A model generated the notes under the pieces. It made no database searches and was not told where the DNA came from. It saw only the letters and a program-made list of their open reading frames with translations. A stretch of DNA of 64,000 nt. Origin: Bdellovibrionales bacterium (GTDB lineage: Bacteria > Bdellovibrionota > Bdellovibrionia > Bdellovibrionales > CAYMLA01). Both the position numbers and the translations under genes were made by a program. Within the stretch, counting starts at the first letter, position 1; each line of letters starts with the position of its first letter. Shown in pieces: positions 10,988 through 21,029 of this stretch. The stretch spans positions 992,001-1,056,000 of the forward strand of contig OZ244239.1 in NCBI GenBank assembly GCA_965217115.1. The letters are read 5' to 3'.

Positions 10988-11941
10988 GTGATTTTGACAA
11001 TTAATATTTTCATTCTTCTCATTGGCTTTGCTCTACTTATCTTTGGTGGTGGCTGGCTTGTTAAGGCCGCTGTCAGTCTCTCTCTACGACTCAAAGTAAA
11101 ACCCGCAGTTATAGCTCTAACGATCATCGCCTTTGGCACCTCCGCTCCCGAACTAATCACGAGCTCCCTTGCTAGCTGGCAAGGGGCCCCCGATGCAGCT
11201 CTTGGCAATGTTATCGGGTCTAATATTTTTAATGCTTTTGCTGTCCTAGGATTTAGTTGTCTGATTCTTTCAAACACAATGGAAAAACACACCCGTCGTG
11301 TGGAGCTTCCATTCCTTTTATTTATTTCTATAGTCACTGTTCTTCTTGGTTTCGATAGCACCTACAGTAGACCAGAAGGTTTTTTACTCATCTTTCTACT
11401 CGTTTTTTTCTGGACTTACTCTATCCGCAGAGCAAGAAAGCAAGGGCTTTCATCGGAGAAGCCCTCTGAAAAACAAGAAGAAATCATCTCCCTAGGCAGC
11501 TTGCAAAAGGAACTCCTCTTCCTACTCATCGGGTTCACAGCTCTTGCCTACGGCGCTCACCTCGCTCTTAGCTCTGCATTGGAAATAGGGACAAGCCTCG
11601 GTATTTCAGAGAGAATCCTCGGCATCACTGTCCTCTCCGTAGGAACAGGACTCCCCGAACTTATCACCTCTGTTATCGCCGCTAAAAAAGGACATTCAGA
11701 TATTGCTATCGGTAACGTCATTGGCTCAAACATCCTCAATCTATTAGGAGTCTTAGGCACAACCGTTGCCATATCACCCATGTCTGCCTCTAAAGATATT
11801 ATACATTCTGATGCTTACTGGATGATAGGCTCCACTCTTCTAATACTCGCTCTTATACACGGGAATTCCATATCTCGCAAAGGAGGGGGGCTCCTGTCCC
11901 TCAGTTACATTTTCTATATCGCTTACACTCTCTTTACTTAG
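10988..11941 (+). CDS. calcium/sodium antiporter (YrbG/CaCA family)
   Basis: two alpha repeats GTSAPE and GTGLPE, each followed by GNVIGSNI. Confidence 0.92.
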   Translation: MILTINIFILLIGFALLIFGGGWLVKAAVSLSLRLKVKPAVIALTIIAFGTSAPELITSSLASWQGAPDAALGNVIGSNIFNAFAVLGFSCLILSNTMEKHTRRVELPFLLFISIVTVLLGFDSTYSRPEGFLLIFLLVFFWTYSIRRARKQGLSSEKPSEKQEEIISLGSLQKELLFLLIGFTALAYGAHLALSSALEIGTSLGISERILGITVLSVGTGLPELITSVIAAKKGHSDIAIGNVIGSNILNLLGVLGTTVAISPMSASKDIIHSDAYWMIGSTLLILALIHGNSISRKGGGLLSLSYIFYIAYTLFT

Positions 11942-12425
11942 AATTTTCATGTCTTTTATCGCAAGGGATGACTTCCACATCAATCACTTCAGCATCACGA
12001 ATATCATTATGACGGTCAAAATGATCCATGTTTGTATGAACATGCATTTGACCCATTTTAATCTTGTTTTTCATCCATCGCTGCAAAACAAGACCCAGTA
12101 AATAACGGGAACCAGGAATCACCATAGACAAGCCCAAAATATCAGTCACAAAGCCTGGAGTTAAGAGTAACAACCCTCCCGCAAAAATCAAAAATCCTTC
12201 AAATACTATTTGTGTTGGCATAGCCCCATGGGCAAGCTCTCTCTGTACTTGATTTAACACAGCCAGACCTTGTGACCTCGCCAAAGAAGCTCCAACAACC
12301 CCTGTCACCAGTACAATCCAAAGGGTTGTCCAGCCCCCAATTTGATTTCCCACCTCAAAAAGCAATGAGATCTCAACAACAGGCACGACAGTAAAAGCGA
12401 GTAATAAAATAAAGAACATAAGCAC
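11934..12425 (-). CDS. fxsA: FxsA family membrane protein
   Basis: VPVVEI, LARSQG, GGLLLLTPGFVTD, C-terminal VIDVE. Confidence 0.9.
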   Translation of the reverse strand: MLMFFILLLAFTVVPVVEISLLFEVGNQIGGWTTLWIVLVTGVVGASLARSQGLAVLNQVQRELAHGAMPTQIVFEGFLIFAGGLLLLTPGFVTDILGLSMVIPGSRYLLGLVLQRWMKNKIKMGQMHVHTNMDHFDRHNDIRDAEVIDVEVIPCDKRHENSK

Positions 12426-12499
12426 TCTTTTATCATAAAAGAAATTGAATACAAAACCATTTTATGACACTAATCTCTATTAAAAGCAGGAGGTAAAAA

Positions 12500-13021
12500 A
12501 TGCACCTTATCAACCAACCAGCCCCCCAATTCTCAGCACAAGCCGTGGAGGATGGAGGACACTTTCGTGACATTACCCTTTCCGACTACAAGGGTAAGTG
12601 GGTGGTTTTATTCTTTTACCCTCTAGATTTTACTTTTGTTTGCCCCACCGAAATCACTCAATTTTCACAGAACATCGAAGAGTTTAAAAAACTAGATGCT
12701 GAGGTCATCGGTTGTAGTGTGGATTCTATCCATTCCCATAAACGCTGGCTTCAACAAGACCTCAACGATCTCGGATATCCTCTAATGAGTGATATCACAA
12801 AGCGTATTTCTAAAGACTATGGTGTACTCATCGAACAAGAAGGAATCTCAACTAGAGCCACCTTTATCATAAGCCCTGAACAATCTCTACAATACATTGC
12901 CGTCCACAGCCTCAATGTTGGTCGAGAAGCCAGTGAAATTCTACGTGTTCTCCATGCACTTCAATCAGGAGAACTCTGCCAAGCTGGTTGGAAACCTGGT
13001 GATAAACACATCCATCCCTGA
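12500..13021 (+). CDS. ahpC: typical 2-Cys peroxiredoxin
   Basis: FFYPLDFTFVCPTE; resolving Cys in LCQAGW; AGGAGG RBS. Confidence 0.93.
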   Translation: MHLINQPAPQFSAQAVEDGGHFRDITLSDYKGKWVVLFFYPLDFTFVCPTEITQFSQNIEEFKKLDAEVIGCSVDSIHSHKRWLQQDLNDLGYPLMSDITKRISKDYGVLIEQEGISTRATFIISPEQSLQYIAVHSLNVGREASEILRVLHALQSGELCQAGWKPGDKHIHP

Positions 13022-13025
13022 AAAA

Positions 13026-14192
13026 ATGAACCTCCTTCACTCTATTCACAAAACTCTCATTGAAGAATATGGTCCTGACATTTCACAAGAAGTTCAATTT
13101 TCCGATTTACTCTTCTCCACAAAAATCATAGAACTTCCTAAAAGAGTTCTCTCTCAAGCACAAACCATAGCAAAAGAACTTAATTTATTAAAAAGAGATT
13201 CTATCTATTTAGATCATATCAAAAAAACTTTCCCTTCATTACAAAATGCTGTTCTCTGTAGTCTCGATTTTCATTTAGATCACGAATCAAATTTAAAATT
13301 AATTGAAGTCAACACTAATGCCTCGTCTTATTTGCTTTGCGATCTCCTCTATAAATCTCAGAAAATACCAGCCCTCACTTCCTGTCCACAAGAAGAAATC
13401 ATTAACGACTTCTTAACTGATCTTCATCTGTTCCAAAAAGAGAACGACTTCCTACTATCTCCACCTAAAAAAATCGCTATTATAGACGAAAATCCTTGCG
13501 AACAAAAAATGCACAAAGAGTTTCTTCTCTTTAAAGAACTCTTTAAGAAATATCGCTGGGCCAGTGAGATATATGATTTTACTGATTTATCTTACAGCCA
13601 AGAAAACAACACTCTTACTGACCCCCATGGGGAAAGTATCGATTTTGTTTATAATCGCCTTTGTGATTTCTATCTCTCGTCACCCGCTTCACAACAGCTC
13701 AAAAATGCCTATGATAACAGAGCCGCTTGCTTCTCTCCAAATCCACAAGAGTATCAATTGCTTGCGGATAAAAATCGTCTATTTGATCTGACAAAAACTT
13801 CTCTTTGGGAGAAACTTCCCGAAAAATCTTTTCCTGAATTACGAAAAAGTATTCTAAAAACCCATGTTTTAACCGAAGAAAATTCAGATGACCTTTGGCG
13901 TAACAGAAAAAAACTTTTCTTTAAACCAAGCCAATCCTATGGAGGAAAACAAACCTACAGGGGATCTGGAATCTCATTAAAAAAATTCAAAGAAATCACT
14001 CCTCACCACTTTGTAGCCCAAGAGTTTGTTCCAGCACCGGTATTTGATATCCAAAATGAAAAATTTAAATTTGACCTACGCTTTTTTATTTATGCTGATA
14101 AAATAAATATGGCTATCGCCAGAGTCTACCAAGGGCAAACTACGAATATTAGAACGCCAGGTGGTGGCTTTGCCTGTATTGGTTTTTCGTAA
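13026..14192 (+). CDS. uncharacterised ATP-grasp ligase-like protein (start moved to ATG 13026)
   Basis: DFHL..LKLIEVNTNA, DFVYNR, FKPSQSYGGK, AQEFVP, KFDLR, ARVYQGQTTN.RTPGGGF. Confidence 0.7.
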   Translation: MNLLHSIHKTLIEEYGPDISQEVQFSDLLFSTKIIELPKRVLSQAQTIAKELNLLKRDSIYLDHIKKTFPSLQNAVLCSLDFHLDHESNLKLIEVNTNASSYLLCDLLYKSQKIPALTSCPQEEIINDFLTDLHLFQKENDFLLSPPKKIAIIDENPCEQKMHKEFLLFKELFKKYRWASEIYDFTDLSYSQENNTLTDPHGESIDFVYNRLCDFYLSSPASQQLKNAYDNRAACFSPNPQEYQLLADKNRLFDLTKTSLWEKLPEKSFPELRKSILKTHVLTEENSDDLWRNRKKLFFKPSQSYGGKQTYRGSGISLKKFKEITPHHFVAQEFVPAPVFDIQNEKFKFDLRFFIYADKINMAIARVYQGQTTNIRTPGGGFACIGFS

Positions 14193-14849
14193 CTATTTAG
14201 AAGTGTAAAGACCGTAGAAAGATCGTATCGAATCAAAGTCGACAAAAAGAATTTGCTCTACACCCTCTTTAGCATTACTTTTCTTCACAAAAATCTCATA
14301 TCTTTGGGTATCTTCATTGTAATAAAACTCATGTTCACCTGATATATTCATTAGAGTTTCAGACAAATGCTTTTCCGATAACAATTTCACCACATGATAA
14401 CGAGCCGTGACCTCTTTCTCACTTAAATTCAGTTGAAACTTCCACAAACTATTCTGCGTTGATCTTGGCTTGGAAAAATCTAGTAACAAAGGCACTCTTA
14501 ACGAAGGACTCATCTCATGAAAACGAATCTGCTGTTTACCACAAGAAACCAATTCCCTTGATCCATTGTCTCTCTTCGAAAGATCTTGGATTGATATATA
14601 GCTCTCCCCTTCTACTTTAACCTCATAACTAACAGAACGAGCCATCAACAAGATTTTAGGTATTTTGTCAATCTGCAGAAGACGACGCTTTTGGTTTCGA
14701 TTCAAAACACCATTGGCACATAGCTCTACCGATCTACGCTCTATTTTCTGATCTTGATTTTTCCCAGCTGCTGATGCAGCAAAAGACATTGAACTGATCA
14801 GTAATGAAACAAATACACCTAGAACGACCTTCTCTCTGTTTTTTTTCAT
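14193..14849 (-). CDS. hypothetical exported protein
   Basis: 218-aa ORF, signal peptide ending SMSFA, GGAG RBS; no recognised domain. Confidence 0.7.
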   Translation of the reverse strand: MKKNREKVVLGVFVSLLISSMSFAASAAGKNQDQKIERRSVELCANGVLNRNQKRRLLQIDKIPKILLMARSVSYEVKVEGESYISIQDLSKRDNGSRELVSCGKQQIRFHEMSPSLRVPLLLDFSKPRSTQNSLWKFQLNLSEKEVTARYHVVKLLSEKHLSETLMNISGEHEFYYNEDTQRYEIFVKKSNAKEGVEQILFVDFDSIRSFYGLYTSK

Positions 14850-14902
14850 GATCTCTACTCCATCAAAATAATTATTAAATAACTCACTATGAAGTAGAGT
14901 GA

Positions 14903-14918
14903 AGCAAAACCAATGCCG
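14903..14918 (-). promoter_or_regulatory. putative sigma-54 (-24/-12) promoter for the 14849 gene
   Basis: minus strand CGGCATTGGTTTTGCT = GG-N10-GC with TTGC at -12, about 55 nt upstream of the ATG. Confidence 0.55.
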
Positions 14919-14919
14919 A

Positions 14920-14950
14920 CTGTTCCTCCTCTAAATTAGAGGAAGAACAG
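14920..14950. repeat. 31-bp near-perfect palindrome in a divergent intergenic region
   Basis: CTGTTC-C-TCCTCTAA-A-TTAGAGGA-A-GAACAG; 14 of 15 arm positions complementary. Confidence 0.75.
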
Positions 14951-15107
14951 CCCAAGTGGGGAAAACAGCTCTTTTTTGTCATCATTTGCTTATATAAGGA
15001 GACATTGAACAGAGAAAGTCTCCTGACTTAAGACCAGAATTAAACCTATTTTATATAACCTTCATACAGTTTTAGCTCTTTCTCACTATTCCCAGAAGCC
15101 TTTTCTA

Positions 15108-15115
15108 GCCGATAA
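15108..15115 (+). promoter_or_regulatory. candidate sigma-28 (FliA) -10 box
   Basis: exact GCCGATAA about 35 nt upstream of the ATG at 15150; no clear -35. Confidence 0.4.
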
Positions 15116-15149
15116 TGTAAATGGCATCATTGAAGAAGCAAGGGGTTTT

Positions 15150-16985
15150 ATGACACAGGTCAAAAAGCTTTTAAAAAATAAGTCCTTACACCAAGACTAC
15201 AAGAGATTTGAACTCTTAGATGGCTATCACCCTTGGCAAGATCATGTTCCCGATGGGTACGTTCCCTACAAAGTTTTCCGCCTGGATCACGGAAAAATAA
15301 GTTATTTCAATTTTTCCCTCGCCAAAGAAATGGGTCTTATTGACAAAAAACATCCCCATCAACTCAACAAGACCTTAAAAGAAAAGGTACTGGATACCTT
15401 CTCTATACAGATTATCAACGAGTACGATCTTATCCACGCCACCCCAATTCCCCCCGAAAAAATAAAACCTCGCCCCTACATGGCATCTCGTTATCTGCAA
15501 ATGCAACACTCCAATAAACGAGGGGAAACCTCGGGAGACGGACGTGGTATATGGAATGGGACCCTTACTTACAAAGGGATAACATGGGATATTAATAGCC
15601 GAGGAACAGGTGTTACAAAATTAGCTCCTGGGTCTGTTATTTCAGAACAGCCATTGCAAACTGGTTCCGATAAAGTTGGCTACGGCTGTGGGCTTGTTGA
15701 AATTGATGAACTCTACAGCTCTGCTATAATGTCTGAAACTCTCCACCGTCAAGGCTACAAAACAGAACGAGTTCTGGCTATCATAGATCTCGGCGACGGG
15801 ATTGGCATTGGCGTTCGAGCTGCACCAAATCTCTTTCGCCCTGCCCATATTTTTACCTATTTAAAGCAGAACAGACTCTCTTCATTAAAAAAATCTGTCG
15901 ACTATCTCATTAAAAGACAAACAGAAAACAATGAATGGTCCTTTAGAAAAAATGCTCCCTATAAATATCAAGATCTCCTAAAACAAATTTGCCTAGACTT
16001 TTCTAAATTTTCCGCTTGGTTAGAAGCCGACTATATATTCACTTGGCTCGATTGGGACGGAGACAACGTTCTCATCAATGCTGGTATTATTGACTACGGA
16101 AGTATTCGTCAACTAGGGCTGCGCCATGATCAATATCGTTATGACGATGTCGAACGTTGGTCGACAAATTTAAACGAACAAAAAAATAAAACTCGACAAA
16201 TAGTTCAAGTTTTTGCTCAGCTCGTCGATTTCCTAGAAACAGGAAAGAAAAAAAGGCTCAAAGAATTCTCTAGCCACCCTATCTTGGCAGAATTTGATAA
16301 CAGTTTTTCTGAATTTCTTATTGATCGAACCCTTTATCGCATGGGATTCACAGAGGCTCAACGCAAATATCTTATTCAGAAACAAAGTCGTCTTTTGAGT
16401 GACTTCCTCAAAGATTATCATTATTTAGAAACATGCAAAATTCATAGACTCGCCACCAAAGTCGAAGATGGTATCAATCGTCCGCCATTATTTAATATTT
16501 CTAAAATATTAAAGCAACTTCCTCAAATATCTACTTCAAAAAATATCCATCTAGAAAAAAATTTTCAGCTTTGGCTCAGCACATTTGCCAAAGGGAAAGA
16601 TAAGAATATTTCAAGATCTATCAAGAAACATCTATCTTCATTCATAAAAAGATATCAAGAACTTCTCTCTTATATTAAAGAGGATCTCACCCAATCACCC
16701 TCTTCCATAAGAAAAACCCTAGAAAGCCGCCTTGAACAAATTCACTGTGATACACGGCTTACTGGCAATGCCCTTGTTCACATTGTCTGGGAACTTCTAG
16801 ATAAGCGTGGTGAGTTCTCAGATAAGGATATTCAAAAAATTATGGAACAAATTATCCTCGAGCAATCAAGGACTCCCGAGTCTCGTAAATCCCGTCTAAC
16901 ACTCGTCCCTCAATTAACACCAAAGAAAGAGTCCTTTCTAGAAACCCTTTCTCAATTAGCCTTAGACCATAACGAAGAAATATAA
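15150..16985 (+). CDS. divergent SelO/YdiU-like protein (pseudokinase-fold AMPylase family)
   Basis: GDGRG, WDINSRGTG.T, LHRQGYKTERVL, WDGDNVL and IIDYG are in the order and spacing of SelO motifs. Confidence 0.65.
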   Translation: MTQVKKLLKNKSLHQDYKRFELLDGYHPWQDHVPDGYVPYKVFRLDHGKISYFNFSLAKEMGLIDKKHPHQLNKTLKEKVLDTFSIQIINEYDLIHATPIPPEKIKPRPYMASRYLQMQHSNKRGETSGDGRGIWNGTLTYKGITWDINSRGTGVTKLAPGSVISEQPLQTGSDKVGYGCGLVEIDELYSSAIMSETLHRQGYKTERVLAIIDLGDGIGIGVRAAPNLFRPAHIFTYLKQNRLSSLKKSVDYLIKRQTENNEWSFRKNAPYKYQDLLKQICLDFSKFSAWLEADYIFTWLDWDGDNVLINAGIIDYGSIRQLGLRHDQYRYDDVERWSTNLNEQKNKTRQIVQVFAQLVDFLETGKKKRLKEFSSHPILAEFDNSFSEFLIDRTLYRMGFTEAQRKYLIQKQSRLLSDFLKDYHYLETCKIHRLATKVEDGINRPPLFNISKILKQLPQISTSKNIHLEKNFQLWLSTFAKGKDKNISRSIKKHLSSFIKRYQELLSYIKEDLTQSPSSIRKTLESRLEQIHCDTRLTGNALVHIVWELLDKRGEFSDKDIQKIMEQIILEQSRTPESRKSRLTLVPQLTPKKESFLETLSQLALDHNEEI

Positions 16986-17173
16986 GCTTTTTGCGAAAAG
17001 TTAAGCTAAAAAAAATCTCCAAAAAAAGTCGAGGGGGTACCGCCAATTCGTGAATTTGTAAATTTTTCTAAATTAGATAATCTCATTGATTAATTTGCAT
17101 GGAAGGCTTACAGTGCGCAAAGTTCACAATAAAACCATTACTCAGGTGAGTAATATAACATTTGGAGAAAAAA

Positions 17174-17512
17174 ATGAAAAAAATTATTATAGGATTAACT
17201 TTACTAGCATCAATGTCTTCATTCGCCGCTAACACTTTAGCTGAAATGACAATGGCTGAAAGAATTCAAGATTTGACAAGCATTTCAGAAAAAACGACTG
17301 CTCATATTGAAACGCTTGAGCAACTTTCTGAAGGTACTATCAATGTAGTTGGTAGAGGCCCAGTGTGCTTTAACCTAGGATCAGCTTTTACTAGCCTTAG
17401 AGTTCTTAGAACAATGACAGCAGGACTAGAAGATAGAAAATCTGAAATTGATGATCTCGCCAGAAGAGCCTACAGTTTAAAGAATAAATACTGTGGTCAC
17501 ATCACTAAATAA
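17174..17512 (+). CDS. hypothetical secreted protein
   Basis: signal peptide MKKIIIGLTLLASMSSFA, GGAG RBS, two Cys. Confidence 0.75.
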   Translation: MKKIIIGLTLLASMSSFAANTLAEMTMAERIQDLTSISEKTTAHIETLEQLSEGTINVVGRGPVCFNLGSAFTSLRVLRTMTAGLEDRKSEIDDLARRAYSLKNKYCGHITK

Positions 17513-17525
17513 TTAGGAGTTTTTC

Positions 17526-18392
17526 ATGAAAAAGATATTTACCGTACCAGTATTATTACTAGTAGGTTTTTCCCAAACAACATGGTCTGCTAGCAACGAA
17601 GCTAATAGATTGAGAGGCCATTGGGCTGGCACTTATGCTGATGAACGAAAAACAGCAGAGTTCCGCTTAACTGTCCAGGAAGATGGTTCCGTTTTTTACA
17701 GAGATAACTCTGCTTTGGGACCTTACTGTAAGGGTGAGGTCAGAGAAGAGACGACTTCTGCAAATCTGAATGTTAAGTTTAACTGTAGTACAAAAAGCCA
17801 AAGAGCGGCTGGGGACTATACACAAAATGTTGGTTTCACGCTGACTATTAAAAATCCAGATAGACTTTCTCTTACTTCTGAAAGACAAAGTGCTACAATA
17901 CATTCTAGTATTGTAGGCTTGGAGAAAGTTTATCTATATAAACTAGCTAATCATTCATTTTCAAATGTTCTTAACTCCCCCGAAGGCTTTGAAGGTTCAC
18001 TTATCTTTCCTCAGTATGGGACTAAAAACGCTCTATTTGGAAACTTGCATTTTGAACTTCAGGAAAACAATCAATTAATTGTAACATCAGGCTACCTAAA
18101 ATCTACCAAGGGTCATTGGAGCAAAGTAGATTATCGTAATACATTTGGAGACGAAGGCTATCTTTCTGGAAATTATAAAATAGCTGGAACAAAGCTTATG
18201 TTAAAGGTTAAGGATGATAAAGGAGTTCTTGTTTCCTTTACTGTAGATTGGGCAAATATTTTAAATAAAAATATTTATAACTACAATGTCGCTTTACCCA
18301 AACATATTAAAAGAGAGTCAGCAACCAATGCCCTGATTGACGGAGAAAAATTTAAAGCTGGAACTACAGGGCCAGGATTTACTGCTAGGTAG
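17526..18392 (+). CDS. hypothetical secreted beta-rich protein
   Basis: signal peptide, AGGAG RBS, LRGHWAGTY start of a beta-barrel-like domain; no family recognised. Confidence 0.7.
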   Translation: MKKIFTVPVLLLVGFSQTTWSASNEANRLRGHWAGTYADERKTAEFRLTVQEDGSVFYRDNSALGPYCKGEVREETTSANLNVKFNCSTKSQRAAGDYTQNVGFTLTIKNPDRLSLTSERQSATIHSSIVGLEKVYLYKLANHSFSNVLNSPEGFEGSLIFPQYGTKNALFGNLHFELQENNQLIVTSGYLKSTKGHWSKVDYRNTFGDEGYLSGNYKIAGTKLMLKVKDDKGVLVSFTVDWANILNKNIYNYNVALPKHIKRESATNALIDGEKFKAGTTGPGFTAR

Positions 18393-18426
18393 AAATTTTT
18401 AAATACCTATCCTCTCTAAGCACGAC

Positions 18427-18620
18427 TGACCTCTCCCCAAATAACTGAGCCACGTAAAACTTGAGAAGCGGCCGTGACAAGCGGTCCTACCCGGCCTAGG
18501 GAGGACCTATGAAAAGAAAAGATATCGCTGACAGGGCTATACGAGAGCGAATTGTCAGTACCGCAGGGTCTCGACTTTAAGTGGGTGTAAGCAGGAGATG
18601 CCTGTGATTTAGCCCTCCCA
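18427..18620 (+). other. GC-rich structured non-coding segment with a 23-aa ORF (18509-18580); IS-end remnant or ncRNA/leader
   Basis: visibly more GC-rich than its flanks; hairpins GGTCCT..AGGACC (18483-18507) and CTGACA..TGTCAG; GGAGG RBS inside the first stem; begins TGACCTCTCCCC..TGAGCCAC like an IS3-family left end. Confidence 0.4.
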
Positions 18621-18802
18621 CAAAAAAGGGAAAGAACTGTCATTTTGCCTAAATTCAATACAGTCGCTGACAATTTTGCGTCAAATTGTGCTTTTTTCAG
18701 CTCATCTCCCATTTCCTGCCATTTGAAGTGGTACGCCCCGTGAACTAGTAATCCATGAACAGTTAATTTTTATAATAAACTTTAATATAAGAGGGTGAAA
18801 AA

Positions 18803-19585
<783 letters not shown>

Positions 19586-19620
19586 ACAAACAGCTACATT
19601 AGTTGCCAATACAATATAAC

Positions 19621-19651
19621 GAGCCCATGAGGTTTATCTTCACGGGCTTTT
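19621..19651. terminator. probable intrinsic terminator between convergent genes
   Basis: AGCCC-ATGAGG-loop-CTTCAC-GGGCT followed by a T run. Confidence 0.6.
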
Positions 19652-20963
19652 ATCGTCGATAAATTGAATTTCCTAAATAAAAAACTTCTCTAACAAAATC
19701 ACTATAGGCCTCTCTCTTCAAAGAACGCTTCTCTATTGTTTTTCTCAAAACATCTTCAGCATTTTCTCCATCTCTTACTCTCGGTGAAGTCACCATAAAG
19801 AAATTGCCCAGTTTTCCTTTCTCAAAACTACCACAAACTTTCTCTCGACCAAGTATCTCTGCTCCAGACAAAGTCGAGCGATACAAAGCCTTCACATAGG
19901 TTGCCCCAGAAACTTTTGCTCTTCGGTTCTGATGCACAAAAGAGCGCATCACATCAAACATTGATAAAAAAGGTCCTCCACCAATATCAGTCGCTAAAGC
20001 CCAGCGTATTTTATGCTTTTCAATTTTTTTAAAATCAAAGAGTCCAGACCCTAAGCCTCTCTCCTTCACAGGAGCATTTGATGTTGGACAATGGGCCACA
20101 GCTGTTCGACTCTCAGACAGCATCCTCAGCTCTTTAGGTTTCAAATGAATACCATGCCCCATTATGGTGCGTGACCCTAGAATTCCACATTTTCTGTAGA
20201 TATCTGTGTAACTTTCAACATTTTCAAACCCCTGTATTTTTCTATAAAGAGATAGAACACTCGCTATCTCCTCAGGAGTTTCACTTAAGTGAGTTTGAAT
20301 GAAAGATTTATGACTTCTAGCTAAACGGACTCCTTGGGCCATCACAGCAGGAGATGTTGTCAACGCAAAACGGGGTGTTAAAGCATAGCGAGGACCAAAT
20401 TTCTGTGATTTTTTTTTCACTAAATCTAAAGCTTGTGCCTCCGTTTGACAAAGATACTCAGGGGAGTTCATGGTCATCAAAACATTGCCCACAATAAAAT
20501 CTCCCACAAAATATTTAAACGCATGATCCACCGTGTGTCCATGCAATGAGGAGTAAACAGCCCCACCAAGAGTTCCCACACTCAAAAGCTCATGGGCAAA
20601 TTTTTTAGCTTTTTTTTCAGAGTAATTTTTGCTCTTGAATTTGGATTCATAGGGCCAAGTGTACCGAGATAACCACTCTAAGAGAGACTTCTTGGGCATC
20701 AGACGAACATCATCTTGCACCCAATGAAAGTGCATATCATAAAATCCAGGCATGGCTAACTGATCTGAAAAATCTAAAACTTCAAGATTTTTTTTGTTCT
20801 TCCATTTTTTTAATAGAGAGGCACTTCTCCCTTTTTCTAAGAGTTTATAACTCCCTAATGAACTTCTTTTAAAGAGGAGACCACCTCTACGCATAAGCTC
20901 ACAAGATCTATCTGTCTTAGGATTTATATAATCACAAAGAAATAGTTTGTAACTAAATCGCAA
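19650..20963 (-). CDS. guaD: guanine deaminase (amidohydrolase family)
   Basis: PGFYDMHFH.VQ, LLEWL..YTWP.E, TPRFA, QTHLSE, HCPTSN, LGSGLF, ATDIGGG. Confidence 0.88.
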   Translation of the reverse strand: MRFSYKLFLCDYINPKTDRSCELMRRGGLLFKRSSLGSYKLLEKGRSASLLKKWKNKKNLEVLDFSDQLAMPGFYDMHFHWVQDDVRLMPKKSLLEWLSRYTWPYESKFKSKNYSEKKAKKFAHELLSVGTLGGAVYSSLHGHTVDHAFKYFVGDFIVGNVLMTMNSPEYLCQTEAQALDLVKKKSQKFGPRYALTPRFALTTSPAVMAQGVRLARSHKSFIQTHLSETPEEIASVLSLYRKIQGFENVESYTDIYRKCGILGSRTIMGHGIHLKPKELRMLSESRTAVAHCPTSNAPVKERGLGSGLFDFKKIEKHKIRWALATDIGGGPFLSMFDVMRSFVHQNRRAKVSGATYVKALYRSTLSGAEILGREKVCGSFEKGKLGNFFMVTSPRVRDGENAEDVLRKTIEKRSLKREAYSDFVREVFYLGNSIYRR

Positions 20964-21029
20964 ATCTATCTCCCAAAGAGATCGTCATAAGACGGTCTCT
21001 TCTCTTGCTAAAAATATACAGTTAAAAAG

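Noticed and set aside
10809..11004. Short ORFs upstream of the antiporter
   Set aside because: No motifs; opposite-strand overlapping pair in what looks like a promoter region
12897..13025. N-terminal extension of the ATP-grasp ORF overlapping ahpC
   Set aside because: It overlaps conserved Prx coding sequence; ATG 13026 just after the ahpC stop is more plausible
18416..18712. 98-aa minus-strand ORF, or tmRNA/RNase P/SRP/6S/riboswitch identity for this segment
   Set aside because: No recognisable protein motif, and I could not find the diagnostic motifs of these RNAs; kept only as an unexplained element
18729..18744. Sigma-54 promoter TGGTACG...GTGAA before the lipoprotein gene
   Set aside because: The -12 GC is absent (GA instead)
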